Assembly: GCA_905199855.1 (NCBI GenBank)
Contig: CAJKHY010000003.1
Location: forward strand, 6,823-70,822
Length of the DNA: 64,000 nucleotides
Direction of reading: 5' to 3'
DNA from: an uncultured Clostridium sp.
GTDB taxonomy: Bacteria > Bacillota_I > Bacilli_A > RF39 > UBA660
The position numbers were made by a program, and so were the translations under genes. The stretch's first letter is position 1. Each line of letters starts with the position of its first letter. Positions 18,903-28,226 of this stretch are shown one piece after another. Below the pieces are notes generated by a model. The model searched no databases. It was not told where the DNA came from and worked only from the letters and a program-made list of their open reading frames with translations.

Positions 18903-18970
18903 ATAAAATTCCCCCTTTTTTTGAAATATGACTCGTATTATAGCACGTTTGTTTTTGTTTGTCAAGTTTT
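18903..18970 (-). promoter_or_regulatory. Consensus sigma-A promoter plus leader of ORF-B: TTGACA-17-TGcTATAAT, RBS AAGGGGGAA
   Basis: Reverse complement reads CTTGACAAACAAAAACAAACGTGCTATAATACGAGTCATATTTCAAAAAAAGGGGGAATTTTATATG. About 80% identity over 56 nt to the ORF-A promoter/leader. Confidence 0.65.
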
Positions 18971-19021
18971 TTATTCGAGTGGGAGGAGTACTAAAAACAA
19001 TAACAAAAGAAAAAAGAAGAA

Positions 19022-20371
19022 TTATTTTCCTAGACAAAATCTTTTAAACATTTCGTCTAGCATTTCTTCTTTATATGTAGCACCGATTATTTCGCCTAGT
19101 ATGTTCCATGCTTCTTTGATATCTATTTCTAATAGATATGGTTCTATTCCTTGACGTGTTTTATTAATTACTTCTTTTAGAATGTCATGGGCTTTTTTTA
19201 GTAATCCGATGCTTCTTGCACTTGTTAGATAATTCATATCTGTTGTTTCTATTTTATCAATGTTAAATAAGTATTTTATTTTGTTTTTTAAATCATCTAT
19301 TCCTATATTATATTCTGCACTTATTTTAACTATGTTTTCATGGTTAATTTCTTCAATATTGGTAGGTAAGTCTATTTTATTTAAAACAATTATACTTGTT
19401 TTGTTTTTAATTAATTCTAATAAATATTTATCTTCTTCTGTTAATTGTTCATTACTGTTTAAGATAAGTATTATTAGGTTACTATTTTCTATAACTTCTT
19501 TGCTTTTGTTTACTCCAATTTGTTCTACAATATCATTTGTCTCTCTTATTCCTGCAGTATCAATTAGGTGGATAGGAATGTTATCTATTTGGATTGTTCC
19601 TTCGACAATATCTCTTGTTGTTCCTGCAATATTGGTTACTATTGCTTTGTTTTCTTCTAAGAGTGTATTTAGTAAACTGCTTTTTCCAACATTTGGCCTA
19701 CCTATTAGACATACTTTTATTCCTTCGGTTATTATTTTCCCATTTTCGCTTTGAGTTATTGTATCTTCTAGGCTTTTGTTTACTTCTTTTAGAATTGGTA
19801 ATATTTTTTCATTGTTAATAACTTCGATATCATCGTATTCTGGGTAATCAATGTTTACTTCAATATTAGAGATTACTTGAATTAGTTTATCTCTTAGAGA
19901 TATTATCTTATTTGAAACATTACCACTTAATTGGTTGATTGATAGTTTTCTGGATGTTTCTGTTTTGGCTTCGATTAGATTCATGATACCATCGGCCTCG
20001 ATTAGGTCAATTCTTCCATTTAAAAAGGCTCTTTTGGTGAATTCTCCTGGTTCTGCTAGACGAATACCTTTTTGAATAAGTAATTCTAATACTTTATTAG
20101 TTGTGGATATACCTCCATGGCAATTTATTTCGACAATGTCTTCTTTGGTATAGGTTTTAGGACTTTTCATGATGCTTATTAGGACTTCATCTATTATTTC
20201 TTCTTTGTTTACGATATGTCCATAGTGAATGGTATGGGTGTTTACTTTGGTTAAATCTTTTCCTTTAAATATTTCATTTACTAATGGTATTGCATCTTTG
20301 CCACTTACTCTTATGATGGATATAGCTCCAACTCCTAAGGCCGTTGATATACCTGCAATTGTATCATTCAT
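19022..20371 (-). CDS. mnmE: tRNA modification GTPase MnmE/TrmE
   Basis: 449 aa; G-domain GRPNVGKSSLLN, DTAGIRE; C-terminal CLGK motif. Confidence 0.9.
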   Translation of the reverse strand: MNDTIAGISTALGVGAISIIRVSGKDAIPLVNEIFKGKDLTKVNTHTIHYGHIVNKEEIIDEVLISIMKSPKTYTKEDIVEINCHGGISTTNKVLELLIQKGIRLAEPGEFTKRAFLNGRIDLIEADGIMNLIEAKTETSRKLSINQLSGNVSNKIISLRDKLIQVISNIEVNIDYPEYDDIEVINNEKILPILKEVNKSLEDTITQSENGKIITEGIKVCLIGRPNVGKSSLLNTLLEENKAIVTNIAGTTRDIVEGTIQIDNIPIHLIDTAGIRETNDIVEQIGVNKSKEVIENSNLIILILNSNEQLTEEDKYLLELIKNKTSIIVLNKIDLPTNIEEINHENIVKISAEYNIGIDDLKNKIKYLFNIDKIETTDMNYLTSARSIGLLKKAHDILKEVINKTRQGIEPYLLEIDIKEAWNILGEIIGATYKEEMLDEMFKRFCLGK

Positions 20372-20435
20372 ATTGTCAGTCCTTTCTTTTTTTTCCTAGT
20401 AGTATACCATATTTTGTTTATTTAGAAAAGTATTT

Positions 20436-20855
20436 TTAGATTTCATAATATTTTCTTTTTTTTACTTTTGGTAACTCTTTTGATGGAGTGTAGTTATAGA
20501 TTAATGAGGCTGTCATAGTAACAAAACTTTCTTTATTATTTGAACAGATCTTCTTCTCAAGATTTATTCCTTTTTCCTGGCATAGGTCTTGGAAGTATTC
20601 TTCGTTGATGTTTTCAAATATTGGATTAGAATAATTATATTTTTTGCTATTTTTTTCACAATATGTATATTTGGTTTCAAATTTTGTTATTTTTTGTTCT
20701 TCTTCTAAATTTTCTATTATTTTATTTATTAAATCTTCTTTGATGTAGTTAAAAGCTTCTTCGGTTTCATTTTTTTTTGTTATTTTTATTATGTGATTTT
20801 CACATAGTTGGTCTAAATATTTTTTAAATTCTTTGTTTATTTCTATTTTACTCAT
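20436..20855 (-). CDS. hypothetical protein, lineage-specific
   Basis: 139 aa, K/E-rich, 4 Cys; directly downstream (10-bp gap) of the 437-aa ORF. Confidence 0.4.
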   Translation of the reverse strand: MSKIEINKEFKKYLDQLCENHIIKITKKNETEEAFNYIKEDLINKIIENLEEEQKITKFETKYTYCEKNSKKYNYSNPIFENINEEYFQDLCQEKGINLEKKICSNNKESFVTMTASLIYNYTPSKELPKVKKRKYYEI

Positions 20856-20865
20856 TTTTTTACTC

Positions 20866-22179
20866 CTATTTTGTTTTATTTTTTAGTTTACTAGATATGA
20901 GTTGTTGAACTTGTTCATCTATTTTTCTTTGTTCTTCTTCATTTATGTTATTTAATATGGTATCTTTATTATATTGTTTGATTCTTTGTTTTATTGATTC
21001 ATTGTCTTGTTTGGTTGAAAATGAAGATTTTTTTTCTAATATCATTATGATACCATAGGTGTTATTTTCTAGGTACTCACAGATTATTCTTGCTTGTGAA
21101 GAGTTAGAATTAGATCTTATTCTTTTTATTTTACGATATGGGATGTCTTTTTGATATGTACTCTTTAATGGGATATTATTTTCTTTTATTTTGATTAGAA
21201 GAGAATAGATATCTTTTAATGTTTTTTGTTCTTCTATATTATCTATATCTTTTAAGATGTTATTAGATAGATAAACTATTTTATTTTTATGATTTTGGTA
21301 ATCAAAGTAGGTATCTGTTGGTTCTTCTTCAATACTTTCTTCTTTTTCTTTTAGATGTTTAAATAGTTCATATAGGATATCAATATTTTCTTTTACTATT
21401 TGTTTATCTTCTTCGTCTAATTCATTTAATAGAGATGTTTCTTCTTCGATTTCTTCTTTTAAGATGCTACTTAATATAACAATAGTATTTGTTGTATTGG
21501 AATTGTTTTCATATATGTTATTGTTTATTAAAACATCAAGTTTTTGAATTTTTTCTTCAATTGTTGGTAATTTATCAATTTCGGTAATAAAGACTTGTTT
21601 TGCTATGTCAAATGTTAGGGAGAAGCCTTCTTCGATTAGGTCTTTTTTACTCGGTGTATCTTTTAAAATTTCTTCTCTGTTAATTTGTTTAATAGTATTT
21701 TCTTCTATATATTTAGATATTTGCTCATATTCTTCTTTGGTTAGGGGAATATTTTTAATAATGTTATTTAATTTGTTTGGTTCTAGATTATAGAGTTTGG
21801 TTTTCTGTAAAATGTTTTTTATGTTTTCTAGGATGTCTATGTCTTTGATAATTAGAGTTTCTTTAGTTTGGAGGGAAAGTTTTTTTAAATATTCTAAAAG
21901 GACATTTACTTCAATAAGATAGTCTTCTATTCCGTTTGTTCCAATTTGTTTATATGCTATATAGATTTCTTGAGCATTTTTAATGGATTTGTTGTTTTGA
22001 AAATCCGGTATGAGTTTTGTAAATATAGAATTTAATAAGTTTGTATTGTTTTTATCTAATATGCTAAGTGGTTCATGTGTATATATTTCTAAGAACTTTT
22101 CGATATTTTCTTTTAGTTCTTGTTTTTGAGTTTCTTTTATAATTGTTTCTTCTATTTTGTTAATAAGAAAATTTTCCAT
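20866..22179 (-). CDS. hypothetical protein, lineage-specific
   Basis: 437 aa, acidic/K-rich, no recognisable motif; own promoter TTGTCA-17-TATAAT and RBS upstream. Confidence 0.45.
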   Translation of the reverse strand: MENFLINKIEETIIKETQKQELKENIEKFLEIYTHEPLSILDKNNTNLLNSIFTKLIPDFQNNKSIKNAQEIYIAYKQIGTNGIEDYLIEVNVLLEYLKKLSLQTKETLIIKDIDILENIKNILQKTKLYNLEPNKLNNIIKNIPLTKEEYEQISKYIEENTIKQINREEILKDTPSKKDLIEEGFSLTFDIAKQVFITEIDKLPTIEEKIQKLDVLINNNIYENNSNTTNTIVILSSILKEEIEEETSLLNELDEEDKQIVKENIDILYELFKHLKEKEESIEEEPTDTYFDYQNHKNKIVYLSNNILKDIDNIEEQKTLKDIYSLLIKIKENNIPLKSTYQKDIPYRKIKRIRSNSNSSQARIICEYLENNTYGIIMILEKKSSFSTKQDNESIKQRIKQYNKDTILNNINEEEQRKIDEQVQQLISSKLKNKTK

Positions 22180-22232
22180 TTATTTTTCACCTACCTTGAT
22201 TAAATTATACTATTGATAATTGGTTTTGACAA

Positions 22233-22262
22233 GGCGATTTGACAGAAAAAAAGAAACTATTT
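22233..22262 (-). terminator. rho-independent terminator at the end of jag
   Basis: On the minus strand: AAGAAAC-aaaata-GTTTCTT followed by TTTTTTT. Confidence 0.6.
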
Positions 22263-22868
22263 TGTTTCTTTTGGTTTGATAACAACGCATCTATTTGGTT
22301 CCTCGCCAGTACTTTCTGTGTATACGTATCGATTATTAGATAAAGCTTCATGAATGATTCTTCTTTCATATGAGTTCATGCTATCTAATTTAGCTTCAAT
22401 TTTAGTTTTAGATACTTCTTTAGCGGTGTTTTTTGCTAGGTATTCTAATGATTTTATTCTTTTTTCTTTGTAGTTTTCAACGTCTAAGATAATGGATATT
22501 TTTTCTTCTAAGACATTGTATACCATTTGTTTGATAAGGTTTTGTAAGGCGGATATAGTACGACCATTTTTACCTATTAGTATGGCATTGTTGTCTGAAA
22601 ATATTTTGATAGATATTGTTTCATTTCTTTTTCTTACTTCTAGGTTGATGTTTACTCCCATACTTTTTGTTATTTCATTCAATGTGTCTTTGATAAAGTC
22701 TACTATTTCGTCTTGTTTAATTACTTTAACTACAACTTTTTTCTTAACGATGCCTTTTGTTTCTTCTAGGACTTCAACGATAAGATTTTCTCTTATAGTA
22801 TTTAGTTCGTTTACGGCTTTGTTGATGGCTTCCTCTTTATTCTTTCCTTCGTACGTGTACGATTTCAT
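22257..22868 (-). CDS. khpB: RNA-binding protein KhpB/Jag (KH + R3H domains)
   Basis: 203 aa; KH-like GKNGRTISALQNLIKQ and a C-terminal R3H-like region; conserved position next to yidC. Confidence 0.8.
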   Translation of the reverse strand: MKSYTYEGKNKEEAINKAVNELNTIRENLIVEVLEETKGIVKKKVVVKVIKQDEIVDFIKDTLNEITKSMGVNINLEVRKRNETISIKIFSDNNAILIGKNGRTISALQNLIKQMVYNVLEEKISIILDVENYKEKRIKSLEYLAKNTAKEVSKTKIEAKLDSMNSYERRIIHEALSNNRYVYTESTGEEPNRCVVIKPKETK

Positions 22869-22871
22869 TTT

Positions 22872-23786
22872 TTATACCTTCTTTCTTTTAACTATTTCAT
22901 TTTGCACTATTGTGAATAAACTTGATGTTATCCAATAAATTGCTATTGCTGTTGGTAGGGTAATGGATGCCATTGCTATAAAGAATAACATAAAATAAAT
23001 AGTAAATTTCATTTGATTTGCTGCTTGAGTTGCTTGATCTTTTAATGTATTTTTAAATGAGAAATAGGTAGTACCAATGATAAGGATAATTAAAATTATG
23101 TAGTAATAATTGCCATTTGCAATACCGACTGAAGGGTTAGTCCCCATTTGAAGAGATAAGAATTTTTTTTCAAATATTGCTGGAACACGGTTGATAGCTT
23201 CAAGGAAAGCAAAGAATAATGGTAATTGGATAAAAGCAAGTAAACAACCTGATGCTGGTGAAATATTATATTTTTTATATATTATCATTAGTTCTTGAGC
23301 TTTTTGCATTTGACTTTCACGATCTAGTTTATCAGCATATTTTTTTTCTAGTTTGTCTAGTTCAGGTTTTGCTTTTTTCATATTTTCGGATTGTACTGCG
23401 GTTTTATTTGTAAGAGGATAGGCAATTAAACGAATAATTATGGTTGCTATAATGATTGCAAGACCATTATTTTTTACTATTTTACCTATTTGGATTATTG
23501 CCCAGGCTAGTGGTTTTACAAATATTGAAGTCCAAAGTCCTTCATAGCCTCCATCTGTTGGTTTGAAATTATCACATGTAGGTAGTTTGGTTATATCTTT
23601 GTTATTTTCTTTATATAGTTTGATTGCATTTTCATTAGTTGGTTGACAAAGAATATTTTCTGTTAATGATTGTCCTGTTTCTTTATTGACTATTGTTTTT
23701 TTATCATCACCTTTTAGGTATTTTGTACATCCCGTTAATAGGAACAGTGATAATACTATAATTATTATTTTTTTATTTTTTGACAT
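22872..23786 (-). CDS. yidC: membrane protein insertase YidC/SpoIIIJ/Oxa1 family
   Basis: Lipoprotein-like N-terminus (LLTGC) and 5 TM helices with the YidC core pattern. Confidence 0.85.
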   Translation of the reverse strand: MSKNKKIIIIVLSLFLLTGCTKYLKGDDKKTIVNKETGQSLTENILCQPTNENAIKLYKENNKDITKLPTCDNFKPTDGGYEGLWTSIFVKPLAWAIIQIGKIVKNNGLAIIIATIIIRLIAYPLTNKTAVQSENMKKAKPELDKLEKKYADKLDRESQMQKAQELMIIYKKYNISPASGCLLAFIQLPLFFAFLEAINRVPAIFEKKFLSLQMGTNPSVGIANGNYYYIILIILIIGTTYFSFKNTLKDQATQAANQMKFTIYFMLFFIAMASITLPTAIAIYWITSSLFTIVQNEIVKRKKV

Positions 23787-24117
23787 GTTTTTCTCCTTCT
23801 ACTTTATTGAATAGGTTAATTAATTCAGTTTGCATTTTAGAATAATCAATATTTTTTACCCACTCTCTTACTATTATAACATAATCATATGATTTTGGTA
23901 TAGATATTTTGTTATTATCAATAATACTTTTTATTTGTCTTTTGATTTTGTTGCGGGTAACGGCATTTCCTGTTTTTTTAGGAATTGAGATGCCATAGTA
24001 ATTTTTCTCTTGATTAGGTTGATAGAAAATACTAAAATATTTATTTTTAATAGCATTTTTTTTGTTTATTATTTTGGAAAATTCATAATTTTTTTTAATA
24101 ATTTCTTTTTTTTTCAT
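23773..24117 (-). CDS. rnpA: ribonuclease P protein component
   Basis: Basic ~115 aa protein with an RnpA-type RNR motif region (VTRNKIKRQIK). Start chosen at the ATG with GGAGG RBS; the track ORF extends to a GTG at 24144. Confidence 0.8.
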   Translation of the reverse strand: MKKKEIIKKNYEFSKIINKKNAIKNKYFSIFYQPNQEKNYYGISIPKKTGNAVTRNKIKRQIKSIIDNNKISIPKSYDYVIIVREWVKNIDYSKMQTELINLFNKVEGEKHVKK

Positions 24118-24160
24118 ATGTTCCTCCAATAAGAAAAAAGCCACTTAAAAGATTAGTGGT

Positions 24161-24283
24161 TTAAGCACATAATTTTTTACGGCCTTTTGCTCTTCTTTTG
24201 TTTAATACTTTTCCTTCAATACGGGCAAAGAAACCATGTTTTTTCTTTTTATTTCTATTATTTGGTTGAAAAGTTCTTTTCAT
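24161..24283 (-). CDS. rpmH: 50S ribosomal protein L34
   Basis: Reverse translation gives [40 protein letters not shown]. Confidence 0.95.
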   Translation of the reverse strand: MKRTFQPNNRNKKKKHGFFARIEGKVLNKRRAKGRKKLCA

Positions 24284-24599
24284 TATTACACCTCCAAAGT
24301 TCTTTTTTTAATATAAAATGCTATTTTATTATATAGGTGTTTTATTTTAAAGTCAATAAAAATTTTTATTTTGTCTATTTTTTTGTTATGATACAAGTTA
24401 TTTATAGTTGATATTGACATTAGCAAATAATGTCTTTTTTTATTAGAATGTTGTATCCTAAATAAGGTATGTTTCTATTTTTTAACTAAATTTTTCTTGT
24501 GATAACGGCGTAGCAAAGGCATAAGAAAATTAAAATTGGTGTTTTAAAAATTATAGTTTTGGTGTATAATGGTTTTAAGAATAGAATTTGGGTGATTAT

Positions 24600-26366
24600 A
24601 TGTTTAAGAGGATACTTGCTATTAGTAAGAATTATGCTTTTGTAGAGATAGATAATTTAATGAGTGAAGATTTGCTTAATTATTATGTTATTTTTGTCGA
24701 TGATGATAAGAAGTTTCTTGGCGAGGTTAATGAGGTAGATGGTAATAGGGTTAAGATTACTTTTTTAGGCGAATTTATTAATGATAAGTTTGTTAGTGGT
24801 ATTATTAGAAAACCTAGTTTGACTTCTAATATTAGAATTATTAACAATATTGAGCTCGATGAGTTAATGGGGACTGTTAATGATAAGAATATGGTTCTTG
24901 GTTTATCTCCTTTATATAATGATCATCCAATTAATATAGATATTAATAGTATGTTTAGTAACCATAGTTCAATATTTGGTAACACAGGAAGTGGTAAAAC
25001 ATATGGGGTTGCTAGAATTTATCAGTCTTTGTTTGATAGAAATGATATTATTCCTTTTAATGCTAATATTTTTATATTTAATTCAACTAATGAGTATCAT
25101 AATTCTTTTTCTTCTATTAATAAGTTTAATATTAATTATAATTATAAGATGTATACGACTAATACTAATAATAAGGATAGTTTAATTATTAAGTTGCCTC
25201 TTTGGCATTTAACTGTTGATGATTATGCTAATTTACTTGATGTTTACGAATATTCACAGATTAATATTATAGAGAAGATGTTATCCTATGTATGTGCTTT
25301 TGCTAAGAATGATGAGTATTCAATAAGATATAAGAATCATTTGATAGCTTCTGCAATTATATCAGTTATGTATACGAATCAAACGGCTTTTAGGATAAGG
25401 GATCAAATATTTAATATTCTTAGTACTTGCAGTACAAAAGATTTAAATTTGGATTATGAAATTCCTGGTGTTGGATATACTAGAACTTTTAGAAAATGTT
25501 TTGATATTGATAGTCAAGGAGAATTTGTTGAGCGATTACTTGTTTCTAAATATGTGGAACAGTTTGTTGATAATAATACGAAATGGAATGAAGATTATAC
25601 TCCCATTTATTATACTTTAGAGGATTTAGAGATAGCTTTAAACTTTACTTTGATTAGTGAAGGATTACTTTTAAATGAAAAATATTATGCGGAGGCGATT
25701 GCTTTAAAAGTAAAGTTGCATTCTATTATTAATAGTTCTTATCATAAATTTTTTGATTATAATAGATTTGTTAGTTTGACTGAGTTTATTACTGATATCG
25801 TGGTTAATAAAGAAAATAAAAGATGTCAAATAATTAATTTTGTCTTAGAAGATGTGGATGATAGATTTGCTAAGGCTTTAACTAAGATTTATTCAAGATT
25901 ATTTTTTAAGTTTGCTAGAAGTTTGCCTCAGCGTGGGACATTTCCTATGCATATTTTATTGGAAGAAGCCCACAGATATGTGCAAAACGATGCAGATACT
26001 AGGACTTTAGGTTATAATATTTTTGAGAGAATTGCTAAGGAAGGTAGAAAATATGGGGTAATTTTAGATTTGGTTACTCAAAGGCCTACGGAATTATCCG
26101 AATCAGTTATTTCTCAGTGTAGTAACTTTTTGATTTTTAAGATTAATCACCCAACTGATTTAGATTATATTGGTAAAATGGTTCCTAATATTACGGATGA
26201 TATAATTGAAAAGCAAAAAAGTTTGCAGTCTGGGATATGCGTAGCGTTTGGCAAGATGATGAAGTTACCTATGATAGTTAAGATGAAACTTCCTAATCCT
26301 CCTCCTAGCTCCGCGAATGCTGATGTATATGATAAATGGATGTTTAATTTAAAAGGTAGATATTAA
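24600..26366 (+). CDS. HerA/DUF87-family ATPase (HAS-barrel + RecA-like hexameric ATPase), standalone
   Basis: Walker A GNTGSGKTYG; Walker B/catalytic ILLEEAHRY; HerA-type C-terminal block GRKYGVILDLVTQRPTELSESVISQCSNFLIFKINHPTDLDYI; ~125-aa N-terminal barrel-like region. Confidence 0.7.
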   Translation: MFKRILAISKNYAFVEIDNLMSEDLLNYYVIFVDDDKKFLGEVNEVDGNRVKITFLGEFINDKFVSGIIRKPSLTSNIRIINNIELDELMGTVNDKNMVLGLSPLYNDHPINIDINSMFSNHSSIFGNTGSGKTYGVARIYQSLFDRNDIIPFNANIFIFNSTNEYHNSFSSINKFNINYNYKMYTTNTNNKDSLIIKLPLWHLTVDDYANLLDVYEYSQINIIEKMLSYVCAFAKNDEYSIRYKNHLIASAIISVMYTNQTAFRIRDQIFNILSTCSTKDLNLDYEIPGVGYTRTFRKCFDIDSQGEFVERLLVSKYVEQFVDNNTKWNEDYTPIYYTLEDLEIALNFTLISEGLLLNEKYYAEAIALKVKLHSIINSSYHKFFDYNRFVSLTEFITDIVVNKENKRCQIINFVLEDVDDRFAKALTKIYSRLFFKFARSLPQRGTFPMHILLEEAHRYVQNDADTRTLGYNIFERIAKEGRKYGVILDLVTQRPTELSESVISQCSNFLIFKINHPTDLDYIGKMVPNITDDIIEKQKSLQSGICVAFGKMMKLPMIVKMKLPNPPPSSANADVYDKWMFNLKGRY

Positions 26367-26389
26367 TCTATCTTTTTTTTATAAATTGA

Positions 26390-26735
26390 ATGAAAAAAGA
26401 GTTATCCACAGTAAAATGTGGAATAAATTTTCTATTTGTTGTCTAATTGTGTAAAAATTTGACACATTTTTGGTACTAAATACAAGAAAAAAGAAAAGTT
26501 ATCCACATAACGAATAAGTTATCCACATGTGAGGATGGGTGTTGATAATAATATACACATAAAATTTTTTTTGTGTAAATTTGTGGAAAAAAGAAGAAAT
26601 CCTTATAAAATATATAAAATATAAGTGGAATTTTGTGTGGAAAAACTGAGGATAGTTAGTATTTTTTAAAAAAATTCTTTTCATTTTCCACATTATAGTG
26701 TAAAATATAGATAGAAATCCAAAAAATAAGGAGTA
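26390..26735. promoter_or_regulatory. oriC upstream DnaA-box cluster and dnaA promoter region
   Basis: Perfect TTATCCACA boxes at 26404, 26507 and 26525. Near-consensus boxes TGTGGAAtA, TGTGGAAAA (x2) and TTTTCCACA. TTGACA promoter at 26459. Confidence 0.85.
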
Positions 26736-26741
26736 ATGGTT

Positions 26742-28094
26742 ATGGATACATTAGTAATTTGGAATAGTTTTTTAGAAAAAATTAAAGAACAGGTTTCTTC
26801 TTTATCTTACGAAACTTGGTTTAAGGATACGAAATTAGTTAGTTTAGATAATAATACCGCGACTGTTATTGTCCCTATGAACTTACATAAGAAGCATTTA
26901 AAAGAAAATTATATTTCTTTAATGGAAGATATTTTTAATAGTATTACGGGTACTAATTTTACTTTTTCTTTCTTACTTGAAGAAGAATACGAGACAGAAA
27001 CTGTAGTAGAAGATGTGGATGTTGGAGTACCTAAGTATCATAGGGAAGATGCTAATTTAAAACCAAATTACACTTTTGAATCATTTATTATTGGTGAAAG
27101 CAATAAGTTTGCTTATACTGCTGCGATGTCGGTAGCAGAAAAACCTGGAAAAGCTTATAATCCTTTATTTTTGTATGGTAAAAGTGGTTTAGGTAAAACA
27201 CACTTAATGCATGCAATAGGTAATTATATTATAAATAATACTAATTTAAAGGTTTTATATGTTACTAGTGATGATTTTGTTAACGATTTTATTAGAGTAG
27301 TACGCAACAAGGATAAGGAAAATTTTGAATTAATTAATACTTTTAAGGCAAAATATAGAAATGTGGATGTTTTAATGATTGATGATATTCAGTTTTTAGA
27401 AAATGCGGCTGCTACACAGCAAGAATTTTTTCACACATTTAATGAGTTATATAATTCTAATAGGCAAATCATCATTTCTTCCGATAGATCGGTTAATGAT
27501 TTAAAGTTACTTGAGGATAGACTTAGGACACGTTTTGCTTGTGGACTTACTGCAAATATTTTTCCACCCGATCTGAAATTAAGCAAGGATATTATAAAGA
27601 AAAAGATAATGTATCAAGAATCAGCCAAAGACATACCAGAAGATGTAATTGATTATATTGCTAATAGTTTTAGTACTGATGTTAGGTCATTAGAAGGGGC
27701 TATTACTAGGGTATTTGCTTATTCTTTAATGATGGGGCATGGGGAAATTACTTTAGACATTGCAGTTGATGCTTTAAAAGATCAAATGATTAAATCTTGT
27801 AATTTTAAGAATGATATACATCGTATTCAAATGGTGGTAAGTGATTATTTCCACATAAAAGTGGAAGATTTAAAGGGAAAGAAAAGGTCTAAGTCGATTG
27901 CTTTTCCTAGACAGATAGCAATTTACCTGTGTAGAACTTTAACTAATGAGTCTTTCCCTAGAATAGGTGGTTATTTTGGTGGAAGAGACCATTCAACAAT
28001 AATGCATTCTTATGATAAAATAAGTGTGGATATGAAAAATAATGAACAAGTTAAAGAAATAATAAAAGATATTAAAAAAACTTTATCTAATTAA
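26742..28094 (+). CDS. dnaA: chromosomal replication initiator DnaA
   Basis: AAA+ Walker A LFLYGKSGLGKTHL, box VII, C-terminal DNA-binding domain; start at the second ATG (8-nt spacing to AAGGAG). Confidence 0.95.
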   Translation: MDTLVIWNSFLEKIKEQVSSLSYETWFKDTKLVSLDNNTATVIVPMNLHKKHLKENYISLMEDIFNSITGTNFTFSFLLEEEYETETVVEDVDVGVPKYHREDANLKPNYTFESFIIGESNKFAYTAAMSVAEKPGKAYNPLFLYGKSGLGKTHLMHAIGNYIINNTNLKVLYVTSDDFVNDFIRVVRNKDKENFELINTFKAKYRNVDVLMIDDIQFLENAAATQQEFFHTFNELYNSNRQIIISSDRSVNDLKLLEDRLRTRFACGLTANIFPPDLKLSKDIIKKKIMYQESAKDIPEDVIDYIANSFSTDVRSLEGAITRVFAYSLMMGHGEITLDIAVDALKDQMIKSCNFKNDIHRIQMVVSDYFHIKVEDLKGKKRSKSIAFPRQIAIYLCRTLTNESFPRIGGYFGGRDHSTIMHSYDKISVDMKNNEQVKEIIKDIKKTLSN

Positions 28095-28226
28095 CTTGTG
28101 TAAAGTTATTTGACATTATGCACAAGAAAAAATGTTAAAAACACTTATAAAATAAGAGATAGTAAAGTTATCCACAGTTATCCACAATATAATCATTAAT
28201 AAAAAAATAAAGAAAGAAGGTATATT
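28095..28226. promoter_or_regulatory. oriC downstream part: two tandem DnaA boxes plus an AT-rich putative unwinding region between dnaA and dnaN
   Basis: TTATCCACAgTTATCCACA at 28168-28186, preceded by ~70 bp of >80% AT. Confidence 0.8.

Noticed and set aside
26367-26735. Spo0A boxes within oriC (as in B. subtilis)
   Set aside because: No TGTCGAA/TTCGACA 7-mers are present in either oriC half. The only clustered Spo0A-like boxes are upstream of the comK-like gene.
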